A DNA stretch of 64,000 bases from Tubiluchus corallicola (lineage: Eukaryota; Animalia; Priapulida), in assembly GCA_030141605.1 (NCBI GenBank), contig JAQGDQ010000035.1, forward strand, positions 372,001 through 436,000, written 5' to 3'. Below are positions 1-11,700 of this stretch, piece by piece. The notes under the pieces were generated by a model, which saw only the letters and a list, made by a program, of their open reading frames with translations, had not been told where the DNA came from and did not search any database. The stretch's first letter is position 1; every line of letters starts with the position of its first letter. The position numbers and the translations under genes were made by a program.

Positions 1-111
1 CATTTTATACATTTATTATGGAATGAAATTGATACACGCGATTTCATGATAGTATTTTTTGTTAAGAATACTCTTATATTACTAACTAAATCACGATTAA
101 ATTTAACTTAC

Positions 112-206
112 TATTTTCAAGTCTTCAAATTTTACGATGAGAACATGTTCTTTACTTCTATGAGACCACCAGCCCAATGTGTGATCGAACCAATCTCCAA
201 AAATTA
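112..206 (-). CDS. Sulfotransferase coding exon 4 (VIFGDWFDHTLGWWSHRSKEHVLIVKFEDLKI)
   Basis: Acceptor ttttag at 207, donor GTAAGT at 111; 95 nt, the typical length of this SULT exon. Confidence 0.9.
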
Positions 207-3200
207 CTAAAAAACACACAACCAGAAACATTGTACTATGTTTAATGGCTATTAAGAAATATGAAAAACAAAGAAAAATGATTAGTTAATACGAGTTGTG
301 CACATTGAGACAGATTGATGTTGTGCTTTGTTACATTTATTACTCAATCAGAGGTTCTATTTCTTCAGCTTTCAAGCAAAAAATTGGGAACAGTTGCATA
401 GAAAATGATCAAATGGAATCATTCTTAACCAATTTCTTTTAATCTCAAATTGTGATTTATCGGAAATATAGCTAAGTTAATCTTTGCAATGATTCGGCCA
501 CTATTGCCACCTTTCCGTCTACTGCATGCCTGTGGCGCCATCTACTAAGTGATTGAAAAAGTCGATCAACAAAGAGAAAGCGAATGAATAAATTTGTAGA
601 ATGTACCCGGTACTGTACAACTAATATGCTCGTAATAACTTAAGCTTTATCTCATCAAATTAATATACACAGTTTTATTAAGTTGTCTATACGCAACTTA
701 ATTTATTAAATGATTGTCATGTTCATTCCCTGCAACAATCCAAAAACTGTATTCCGATAATTAATTAGAATTTTTCCGTATTATTATTATGAAAGTAATG
801 TTAGGTCACATCCTGTATAAACAAAGGAAAAGGACCATGTAATTTAGTCAAAGTTTTGGGTAAACTGTCTTAATACTTGCCTTTGTGTAGAATTACGATC
901 CAACGTCAGCCAGAATTATTTTTCAGATATCAGTAATAGTTAAAAAAATTCATCATGGGCGCTAAAACGCCCACGTTAGCTAGAATTACTTTGCAGATAT
1001 CAGTAATAGTTAAAAAATTCAACATGGGCGCTAAAACGCCAAGGTTAGCTAGAATTACTTTGTAGATATCAGTAATAGTTAAAAAATTCAACATGGGCGC
1101 TAAAACGCAAAGTAGATATAATATTTACGTCAGCAAACAAACGTTTTGAATGGCAAATGAACACCAAAGTTTTATGGGTTGAAAAACGTATTTTTGAATG
1201 TTGAGGAAAGTACTTTTGAGGAAAACGTTATATCTGAGAGACATTCTGTATAACCACCAAAATATTGTAATGTTGGGCGGATGGTGCTGATCTGCTAGCT
1301 CATTTCATGTCATAAAATATTTTTAAAGAATTGAAAGAAACAGATTATTTTTATAGAATAAAGTTGCGAGAGTCCTCTGTGTTCCACGCTAGCTTTACGG
1401 AACAGAACAGATGCTGGCCTGTTAAACACACCTGTCCGTCAACCAGTTGAACAGACGAGGTCATTCCATACCAGATACTTGCAGCTGCTATGCAACGCTA
1501 ATACGCAATGGCTTCGTAGTGGATCGAACCATCACAATGTGTGGGTGCGGGTGGAAATAAATAGCACTTCGCCGTATGTATAATCACTATTTGTCTTTAA
1601 TTATTAGTTTTGTAGAAGTGCATAGTGGGCAGTTTTATTACTTTCATTGACTGCTTCATCTCTTTAAAGCTTGAAGAACAAAATTTAATATGATTATTCA
1701 TAATTTTGGAAAATGCTCTAGAGGAATTAGAAATTTAGTTTTCAAAACCTATTGCACTTCTGTCTATGGCGTATCCATGTGGAGAAATTTCTTTATCTAT
1801 AATTGAGGAAATCTTAAAATTACTTGCAATAAATGTATTATAATAGAAAGCTATTCTCACTTCAGTATGACTGCAGCGCTAGACAAATGTGTTTAGATTA
1901 CGACATCTCTTACTCTGATGTCATAGTTAGACGATCAGCTTACTCTCTATTTGTTAGGCTATAAAATTCACAAAACTTTTATGTGAAATGTATTTTCAAC
2001 ACTGACATCTATTTTCAGTCAGAAATACTTGAAAGCATTTGAAAAGAACTAACCATTTTACAATCGTTTAGTCGTTTAGCTATAGAAAGTGAAACTAGAC
2101 CGCAGTGTTAGAATGAAGGTAAAACTGAAACACGTCTGATCAATGAATCGTTTTATATCTGTAATTGTAGTATTTTTATTAGTTCTCAGCAATTGTATTT
2201 TTAAATGTTTTTTTGAAATGATAATTGCAAATGTGTGTACTTGCATTTGTGTATGTATTTTTATGTAATTTATGACTTGGCTGTCGAAAATAAATAAATA
2301 AATAATCATAATCATAATCGTTATTAGACTGTAGCGCATATCAGCGTAACTTTTATGCTGTCTGTTTACACCAGCGACATCTGGGTCCACTTTTGCCTTT
2401 GAAGCTTTTTATGAACAAAGTTAGTTGTCCAAATTAAACATCGGCTTATATTCCCACATGAAAAATAGGTTTGATATCTTGTCACTGAGCATTTCACGTA
2501 TTTTCTTTTTATTAAACAGTTAATTACTTATATGTACCGTTTCCGCTGAGATAGTAAGGTAACCAGTCACTCCAGGAGCCTTTGAAATTCCCAAGCATTT
2601 TGTTCGCCCTGTGGAAGTGATAAAACGACGTGGCCACGTCCTTAGGATTACGAATTACGCATATTACCTAAAACAGACAATTAAACTTTATTTGACTTAT
2701 TTTTTACAATTTTGTAAAATTTGTAAACCAGGTACATGACTGCAAAATTTTTGCTGTTACTCAGTCATAACACGCGAAAGCAACAAAAACTGGTTACTTA
2801 TTTTCTTCTCTTAGCAAACTAATACATTAAAAACGATTTATAAAAAAACGAATGAGTTACAAATCAAGGGAAATTGTCATTGCAAACATCTCTTTGTATT
2901 TGCTTTTGCAACACTAGAGGACTCTGATCGATCATTCGAAGATGTTAAAATTCGGCACAGATTTCCTTTACGACACTTTTATAAGGTAAATTGGGCTAAT
3001 ATACAGGCCTTTACTAAAAATAACAAAGTAACATAAACTATTTTTCGTCTGTTTTATTAATAAAGAACAATAAAAAACAGTGCTTGTACTACACTGCTGT
3101 TTTTAGCAAAAGCCGGCCCTGAAGTTCATTGCCAACTTACATTACATTCACCGTCTTGAGCTCCTTTGGGTAAATTTTCAAATTTCAGATGACTTCCTCT

Positions 3201-3776
3201 CAGTATAGGTGGTTTGCTCTGGTTTATAGTGTCTATTCTTTCTTGCGGGGTGTGTACCCCATGGAGTACCTCAATGGGCATAGCTTTCTTCAACTGTTCT
3301 GCTTTAGACGTATCTGCCTCAGACAAGATCTCTGCAACTATATTTCGAACCCAGTGAGTTCCTAAATAGTTAAACAAAATCGTTCTTAAATCTTGTTAAC
3401 ACATAAGTGTTTACTGAACCAAAAGCAAATGAATATCATACCGCAATCAAAGTTTTCATCTGAAACACATACGCCATTCGATAACAGTCGTGGTGCCGGT
3501 GATGTGCGATTGTTATCATCGTCGTTGTCATCGTGTTGTTGTTGTTGTTGTTAATGAACACATGCAAAAATGTGAACGTGCTTTTACTGACTTTCCGTAC
3601 CTACCAGATTTTGGATAGGCCACAACGTAGACATCATTTTCATGAACATTCAAGTCGCCTCTCTTAAAAGCAGGGATGAGTTCCTCGTAACAACCCTTAG
3701 GTCGAAGAATTCCGTCTGCACCTCTCTCCCAGAATTTAGCTACCCCTTGGTAAAGTTCTGGCAGATCCAAAGACAT
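112..3776 (-). CDS. Cytosolic sulfotransferase (SULT1/2-like), spliced, 3' end outside window; exons 3605-3776, 3141-3361, 2538-2667, 112-206
   Basis: Joined exons give the 5'-PSB motif YPKSGTHW, a catalytic His region (GSHL), the 3'-PB motif RNPKDVATS and FGDWFDH..GWW...VKFEDLK. All introns are GT-AG with compatible phases (1,0,1). Confidence 0.93.
908..1112. repeat. Tandem repeat, 3 copies of a 69-70 bp unit, in a SULT intron
   Basis: Unit AGCTAGAATTACTTTGCAGATATCAGTAATAGTTAAAAAATTCAACATGGGCGCTAAAACGCC... starts at 908, 978 and 1047. Confidence 0.9.
1410..1580 (+). mobile_element. 5'-truncated copy of the SINE at 34651-34997
   Basis: Shares GACGAGG.CA..CCATACCAG.TACTT..AGCTGCTAT...GCAATGGCTTCGTA.TGGA...TCACAAT...AATAAAT with about 34825-34985. 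Confidence 0.7.
2538..2667 (-). CDS. Sulfotransferase coding exon 3 (VICVIRNPKDVATSFYHFH...YLSGN)
   Basis: Acceptor ttttag at 2668, donor gtacat at 2537; 130 nt; contains the 3'-PB motif. Not in the ORF track. Confidence 0.9.
3141..3361 (-). CDS. Sulfotransferase coding exon 2 (THWVRNIV...LRGSHLKFENLPKGAQDGECN)
   Basis: Acceptor tttag at 3362, donor GTAAGT at 3140; 221 nt with an open frame. Confidence 0.9.
3605..3776 (-). CDS. Sulfotransferase coding exon 1 (MSLDLPELY...DVYVVAYPKSG)
   Basis: ATG at 3776-3774; phase-1 donor G|GTAGGT at 3604 inside PKSG, the usual SULT intron position. Confidence 0.88.
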
Positions 3777-6700
3777 TGCACAAAATTTTTCTGTACTGTG
3801 TTACTAGTTATATTTTTCAAAACTCGATCAGTAACCTTTTATGATCTAAACTTTTTGCTGACTGTAAATGATACTCACTTTCTTAGTGACATTATTATTA
3901 ATAAACTCTGGTTTGGACTCTTAAAGCCCTCTAAGGACGATCAAACATTGACATATTCCGCTGGGGAAGGTTGCTACTGCTCGGTATAAGCTAATTTAAG
4001 TGTTCAAATAAACCAACAAATGTTAGGAAGTACAAAGGTTGAGTTTACTGAAGCGTACTCTAGGAAGCAATAGGCAATTTTGTAGAGGTCGCACACAAAA
4101 CGAAAAAAGTTATTGTTCAGGCACGGATTGCTATTCTGCCTGTTCTGAAGCTAATATAGTGTGTATTGTATTTTTTAATGATATATCTTATATATTATTG
4201 TTTTGTGGCTGAGCGCATATGTATGTATACACCATACATGTAAATATATTAGTATTTTAGTTGTTATTTTATAGTATAGCTAGTTGTTTTTTTAGTTTTT
4301 TATATAGTGCTATATATTTTTAAATATATGAAATAAATTTAAAATAAGTAAATAAAAAATAAAATGAAAATAAATAGTGGCGGGAAAAAATCTTCAGATC
4401 AAATAGGCCTGCATTGGCGATTTTTTACTGGACGGTTTAGTTTTATGGTGATTTTCTGTAGTGAAATTGTACAATATTTTTGCATTTTGAGTTTATTACT
4501 TTGAGTCAGACGGTCAGTCAGTTAATAAGTCAGTCAGCTAATAAGTTAGTCAGTCAGCCAGTGGATCTGTCCGTCACTCTGTTGTTTATCTCTCCTAATT
4601 CAAGTGAAAACAAAACGACTGCGTGTTTAAAGCGCACTTTGTAAATACGCATTTTATAATTAACCTCAGCTAAAAAAATAAAGAAAATTTTAGCCTACTT
4701 TTTTATATTAAGCTTTCCAGACAAGGCAGTGACCACTCTGGGTAACGATCTATAGTGGAGAAGCGAAAATATTTAAACAGGTTCAGAAAAATACATTTCT
4801 TGTAATTCATTGTTAGTGGACGTTTGCTGAGTATAGCTATCAAACTACATGAAGGCTGTAATTAAAGGAGAAACAATTTTCTAATAAATAATTCCACAGA
4901 TAGGAAAAAAAGCACAAGAGATTCTGAGAATGAGCAGAAATAGAATAGATTTAATGTAGTACAAAATAATTGCTTTATTTGACTTATATTAGTATGTGAC
5001 CTATAAGGCAATTCTTCATTTGTTTGTAAATCTTTGCTTTCTTTTAGTTTTTTTTTATTTTCGATTTTTATTGAAAGATTTTTTATTATTGCTTTATTTT
5101 GCTTTTATATTCTGCCTTTTTAGCTGTGCATTATATAATACTGTTTCAAGGGCTTGTATTTTTATTTCACCCTTTTTAGCACGTCAGAACTGTTAAATTC
5201 CCGAAACCACCAATCAGTACCTTGTTGTAAACGAGCTTTGCTTAACCAAGTTTATCCTGTATAAATATCTTTTTTTATCTTATCTTACTATTCTTTGCGA
5301 TTGTTCCTCAAAAATTAATATTAGTAATTTCATTTTAGCTTTTTTCCCTTTTTCTTTATAATTATTTAACCTGAAGAGAAGATGCAACGGTGGTTTGAAA
5401 CGTCGCTTTTTTGTTATTTCTTTTTTGTAGATTTTTTTTAAATTAAATACTGTAATCTTGTCATTAGAAATTAGACTTACGTTTTGCTTAAGGACTATAG
5501 GCAAATTTACAAGACCAAGCACAAATTTCAATCTTGCTTTAAAGAACCATCAGCCAATAGATATGTGTTTTCCAGATTTCACTGATTTCTCTCCTCTGAA
5601 CTGAGAACGTTTTAAATTCCACATACGCGTTCATCGAGTTGCGTTTAATATCTGGAAGGTGCTTCATCTTTCTCAGTACAGTCATGTTATGACTGTCTAA
5701 ACTGTGGTGAAATGAAAAGGGATATTTGTTGCGATGGAAATTAATTCAGTCGTTTCTAAGCACGTCCGTGTAAAATAAATAGAACCCGTCTAATATTCGT
5801 TTATTGAGTGAAACACGTGAGCATATATTACCTGGAGATTGGTCTTGGATGTTCTTGGATCCGGCATGAGTCACGTAAAATGTTATGTCTCTCCGGTACT
5901 TCCGCTTTATAAATGAAATTCCCATCAGTGTTGGGTAAACTGCAAAACTATGTCACCTTCTCATTAAAAGCCAAACAATACGTATTCTAAAGTATTTACG
6001 AAAAACATGTGCGTGATAATAGTAGGTGATCTTCTCCATTTAACGGGTGTACTTGGGGTCTTGTTGGAAAAGTGAAAAATCGGGCTCTTTTGCAGTTTGC
6101 ACAATGATCCGCTGTACCGTGCAAAATTTCAGGTTCGTACGATGAAAACTGTGGCTGTGATAGCTTTTAAAGGTAAAGATAAATATGACAACAACAACGA
6201 CAAGCACATAAACGACAAATAACGACGACGAGGATGACAACAACAACAAGAACAGGGTGACTAAGAATTATGTTTGGATCCCACATCTCGCTCTTGATCC
6301 AAAATTTTTTTCCAAAACAAGAAAAGCATAAGATTTGGAAGAGCGTAGGAAAGAGTACTCAGATTTTCCACTGACGGAAATGCGACAAAAAAAAATTCTG
6401 CGACATTTCTAAGCAGCTTAACGAATCGAGGAATTTAACAATCCGCTTTTTCGCGGCAAACAAATCGCATTATACTTTCATACTTTTACCAACGGTCAGG
6501 ACTCGTCTCAAGGCAATTTTAATTAAATTAAAATTACATCTCAATTAAAAGATGTAACGCGATACAAGTATGGCTGTTTCTGGACTACACGATCTATTTC
6601 TCTCTAAAAAAATGTTTGCGAGTTTGCAACGGATTTCGTAAAAATGTATTTAATCAATTTTCCTTCCAATCTCTTTTTACTGATTTATATAACTAGCAGT

Positions 6701-8139
6701 TTAAATAAACCAGTATTATGTCTTGATGAATGTGGGTGCTGTTTTCATAGGCGATAACTAATAGTAAAAATAATTTCTGAGCCCAAGAAACTGAACTTTC
6801 TTTGTTCTGGTTTGAAATGCAGAACTATATTTTCACGTCATTGTAAAAACAATTTTCTCTCAAAGCTTTCTTTGGTTTTTATTCTGGCATCTCCTAGTTA
6901 CAGATTTAACTATATAACCGTGGCAGTGTTCAACTGCACATTAAATTAATACAAATTTATGTTCAGTTTAACGTATTGAGTTTTATGACATCTCAATATT
7001 TCCTCAAGTTCGGCTTGTATAAGTTTTTTAGTACAGATAGTTAAACAATATTATAATAATCTTACGTTTTTCTATACTACACTATTCTTTGTCTTTTGCT
7101 GTTTTGCTTGGCACTATTGGTTAGCACTGTAAGGTGAATATTTGGAAGCAAAAAGATTCTAGTCTGTTAGAAACAGCAGCACTACTCACTAAGCAGTTTT
7201 TACTATTACTTCATAAAATTATTTAAAAAGAGCATTAATGCAAAATGAGTGAGATCGTCTTTGTAAATGATACCAAAACTGAGAGATAATTTAATGTCAA
7301 ATTATAGGTATAATTTCATTAAAAGAATTTTAATATTTTACTTGAAGTTTACGCATTACATGACTGTGATATACACGAAGTCGCCAGATGACGATTTGAC
7401 AATTTGAGTTACTCGTTTGCGAGGTGCCTCTTTTGCCGGTTTCGTTCTCGTCTTCTTTGTTGCTTGTGTATTGTTGTTTAAGCAACTTTGTATTGTGACG
7501 TTACAATAGATAACTTTGTAATATAATTTTTTTACAATAACACGATTCTATGACATTTTATTTAAAACTGATGTGGAAACTCGAAATTTTCGCGATAAAA
7601 CGGATTCAGTCATCTTTTATATAAGCAGGGTCACTGACTTTTTAATCTGTTCAACCGCGTGGAAATGTCATTGTGTACACTATTTATTGTTGTCATAGCA
7701 TCCATTTGATGAATACGTTATTTAGAATGCCATTTTACTATCGTCATTTATTGTTGACATTGACCCACTTCATGAACTTTTCCATGTTACAAGAATAAAA
7801 AGTGTTCTAAATGACCTACCCAGGCAGATGAAATTCAAAAGCAAAGTAAAATTAAAAAAGAGAGAAACCAAGTGCTTCGCGTTCCGGACTAGTTTATAAT
7901 TGGTCGAGATTAACTTCTCAATTTTATATTCAGTTACACAACTTGTTATAAAATTGTCATGCATAGTTGTCACATGTTGGAATGTAATTAAAACAAATGT
8001 CAAATTGATGTTCAGTAATTTAGCCTATTGGCTTAGATTATATTGAAAAGATGAACTTGGGCTGTCAACTCTCCACACACATGAATTAAACACTATGATG
8101 AATTGCCATGTGCATTGCATTTGCATTCATTAGCATATT

Positions 8140-9001
8140 CGCAATTTATTTTTGACATACCAATAACATTCCTTGAGCACGTAGAAACTCGACAACAAAT
8201 ATACAAGTCATACAACGAAAATATTTTATATAATATAAGTAAACAATCTAGATGTACATACAAGAGGTTGATCTATGTAGTAACTCATTAAAAGGTTACA
8301 AAACAACGAAACAACATTTCACCATGTATATGTATTGGATAACATAACCCTAAAAAGAGTTTGCTGTTGCTTAATAATTTGCAGAAATGAAAAAAATGTT
8401 ACGTCTAAAAATCCTTTTGCATTAATCAAACGTACATTTAAATATACTATAGATATTATACATGAAATTATCCACACATTAACTCCTTACATTTAACAAT
8501 TGTATGAGCTGATATAATGAAAGAACTACATTAATGGGGAAAATAACAATAGCCTTTTTCCACACATACAAAAATATGTTAGACATAATCGATTTTTACT
8601 TAACCAAACACTTAACAACGATACAACAATAAAACAAATTTGCTTGTTTTTTACTGTGACATGTACAGTCATACACAGTATTAGATTCAACTTTACAATA
8701 ATTCCAAAAATCACAAAATCACAAAATCACATACGTTAAGTATGAAGTTACTTTAACTATATTTACTAACTATTTAGAACGTCATGCTGTAGTTACACTG
8801 GTAAATAAGAATTTACATCACTCCTGTGTGCAGAGCACTTTCAAGTAGATTTTCAAAAAGTGTCAAGCAAGAGTTTCAATTAAACGAAAATTTCAGCTGA
8901 AATGGTACAGGACCTTCCAAAAAGTGTATAAAATGAAATGAACCAATGCAATGAATCAATCTTGACTAACTTGTACATGAAAATGGCAAAGTAAACAACA
9001 T
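8140..9001 (-). other. Probable 3' UTR of the GTPase gene
   Basis: U-rich on the minus strand after the stop codon; candidate AATAAA at 8150-8145. The end point is a guess. Confidence 0.35.
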
Positions 9002-9718
9002 TTATGATATCAAGCAGTCGTCTCGTTTCATGTGCGATGCGTGTTTTACACGAGGTTTACTTGGCCGCCTCATTAAAGACCTGCTTCTTTTCATTGTGTC
9101 TTCTTTTTCTTTGAACTGTTTCAGTTCAGTGTCAAGCGAATGGGCACTAAGACGCCGCTTGAGCAATGGACTAAGCTGTTTGGCTGGAGCAATTTTACTT
9201 AACTGCAAAAACTTTTTAAAAATGTCTACCACGTTCGTGTTCTCCTTGGCAGAAACTTCTAGGTGGGCTTGATTTTCATGCCATGTTTCCTCTAACCAGT
9301 CCCTGACTTCCTCCCGCGAGACCTCGTGTCTCCCTTCTGGAAGGTCGGCTTTATTACCAATAATAACGATGGGTAGTTCATCATAGTCACTGCGCTGCTC
9401 GTGAATCTGTATTTGAATCTGTTTCACCTCCTCAAATGAAGCTCGATTATCTACGGCGTAAACTAGCAAGAATGCATTAGCATTTGATATAGCTAATTTA
9501 CGCATAGCCGGGAAGCTGAGATTTCCTGCTGTATCCAAGATATCCACTTTAATCACGTATCCCAGTATATTGTACTCTCTACAGTATAAATCCTCTACCG
9601 TCTCTTTATAGCGATCTGAGAAGTTATTGTTGAGGAAACGGGAAATGACGGAACTCTTTCCCACGCCGCCAGATCCGAGGACTACTAAACGTTGCCTCGT
9701 GTACTTTTCTTCGCTCAT
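9002..9718 (-). CDS. Ras-family small GTPase, RASD/Rhes/Di-Ras/Ras-dva-like, intronless, 238 aa
   Basis: G1 GSGGVGKS, effector ETVEDLY, G3 DTAGNLSFPAMR, G4 NKAD, G5 SAK, basic tail and CAAX CLIS. First ATG is at 9718; an in-frame TAG lies upstream at 9814-9812. Confidence 0.95.
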   Translation of the reverse strand: MSEEKYTRQRLVVLGSGGVGKSSVISRFLNNNFSDRYKETVEDLYCREYNILGYVIKVDILDTAGNLSFPAMRKLAISNANAFLLVYAVDNRASFEEVKQIQIQIHEQRSDYDELPIVIIGNKADLPEGRHEVSREEVRDWLEETWHENQAHLEVSAKENTNVVDIFKKFLQLSKIAPAKQLSPLLKRRLSAHSLDTELKQFKEKEDTMKRSRSLMRRPSKPRVKHASHMKRDDCLIS

Positions 9719-10159
9719 TTTCCCCACCCAGACGCTCGCTGTCGTCAAACTCAACGGCACAGCCGCCAACGCCTGACTTAAACTCCTTTGCTCAGAGTAG
9801 AATATTTCCTGCTAGTATAATTGCGCTGACTTGGCTGACTATAGTCATTAGTATACCGGATTTGCCTGTTGCAGATTATTCATTAGCTGCTCTAAGTACT
9901 TGGTCAAATCTCCTAAGTCCGAGGTTCAATCGCTCTTCCTGCAGCTTTCTCACGCTGGAGACCTGTGAGAAGAAAATTGTGTCAGTAATTACAGACCTGT
10001 AAAGAAGCCCACCACTTTGGCAAAACATCACAATCAATGCAGATATGTCAATTTTCGAATAATCGGGATTCATTAGAGCGGGAAGCCAATCAGACAAAGA
10101 GCAATGAGTGATAAACGCTTTTCAGTTCCCTGCAAACAATCCGAGAAAATGATTTACTC

Positions 10160-10465
10160 GTATGATGATGATGGTGATATGATCAATCATGATGTTGACA
10201 ATGACGATGACGACGGCAACAATGATTAGGTAAGCAAGTATGTCAAGGGCGGTAGTGATAATAATGATGAAGGTAATGATAATGATAATAATTATTATAA
10301 TTATGATAACGATGATGACTGTTATGATGACGATGGCGGCGGTGGCCGTTTTAACTATTTTAATAATTAAAATTATTGTGACTATGATGATGATGATGAT
10401 GACATTGACTGTGACAATGATGATGAGAATGAGGGAGAAGGCAGTAACAATGTTGATACTAATCA
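10160..10465. repeat. Degenerate (ATG/ATA)n microsatellite
   Basis: Runs of GATGAT and AATAAT; explains ORFs 10122-10466 and 10240-10482. Confidence 0.9.
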
Positions 10466-11159
10466 CAGTTAGTTTAGTATGAACTGCATGAACTGTTTAC
10501 TTGTTTAGCCAACCGCTAACATTATGAATGTATTTAGCTTCAATGTTCTGTGTATTTTTTTCTATTCTTTTCATTCATTCTACGTGTTTATTACCTGCTG
10601 CAGATATGACTTTGATGATGTTTATGAGAAAATTGTCAAAAGCTCAGCATGTTCTTATACGCCTCGGTGTTACGTTTGACTTTTTGATAAAGTTAATATA
10701 CCTCTGCAGGACCTGTCTTTTGCAGATCTTGTTTTCATCTTCATCGTTTGTGAAAATTATTGTTGAAGGAACTACCTACAGTGATGTTTGGAATTAGTGA
10801 CAAGAATTCTAAGAAATCAAAAATAAAACTCGACTTACAATAAGATTTGAATTGTTTGTAAATGGTTGCAATTATGCAGTTTTATCACGTTTTTTTGGAT
10901 AAACCTTGTTTAGCCATTTGCTGTATACGATTTTCTTTTTATTTTGCTTGTGGTGTATTAGTTCAGCCAAAAATGTTAGTTTGGTAATTTCCATTTAAAT
11001 AAATGCATGTTAAGCTATTTTTCATTTCACACAGCAGTGTCGGTGATTAAAACAGTATGTCTCAATAGTGAAATAGTTATACACGACTTCACAGTTCAAG
11101 AGGAAGTTTCAAGTTGTTTTATATGCTACAGTTAACACAAAAATATATCAAATGTTGTT

Positions 11160-11700
11160 GTATGACATCAAATAATTGAAGACCTCATAATACTTAGACT
11201 TTTCCATGATTTTTGTGTTTGTAAACATATATATCTCGTCAATTGTAAAAAATAACTATCAATACAATTTTAAAACCAATTTTACATGAATCAAAAAAAG
11301 TAAACAATACTTAACTCTGTACCACGTACCATCTTGCTAAATAAGTTAATTTCGTAAACAGCATTTTAAATAAGTGATTTCGAGTGTCAACTGTGACAAA
11401 ACTACAACAGTTTCACTTGTCTTTAATTCCAATGCAAGTCATTTATTTCACACTACATAATCACGTTTTGAACAGTTTTGTCAAAAAAAACAATTAACAT
11501 TTGAAATGACCCGTTTAAAATGTTGTTAATGAAATTAATATATTTAGAACGATAGTAGGAGTAATAGTGTTAAGTGCTGATTATAGTACCAGTTGTTTTG
11601 TTGTTTTTCCCACGTTTTAGGTTCGCACTGATGATGGCAGGAGGCTTTGCCGAAACACCCTGTTACTACAGTTTATGAGTTGAGCAATTTTCTGGATTAT
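11160..11700 (+). mobile_element. Probable Penelope-like retroelement 3'/pLTR remnant with degenerate hammerhead motif
   Basis: CTGATGA (11628-11634), stem GGCAGG/TTTGCC, then GAAAC (11652-11656). Element boundaries are approximate. Confidence 0.45.

Noticed and set aside
908-1112. CRISPR-like appearance of regular repeats
   Set aside because: Units are contiguous without unique spacers, and the context is a eukaryotic intron.
1412-1465. Possible type II hammerhead in the SINE body (AAAC..GTC..hairpin..CAGACGA)
   Set aside because: The core is imperfect and the stems are not preserved in the second copy at about 34825-34870.
9719-9769. 17-aa N-terminal extension of the GTPase from a TTG start in the ORF track
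   Set aside because: Eukaryotic locus; the first ATG at 9718 is in good context (AAAATGA) just before the G domain.
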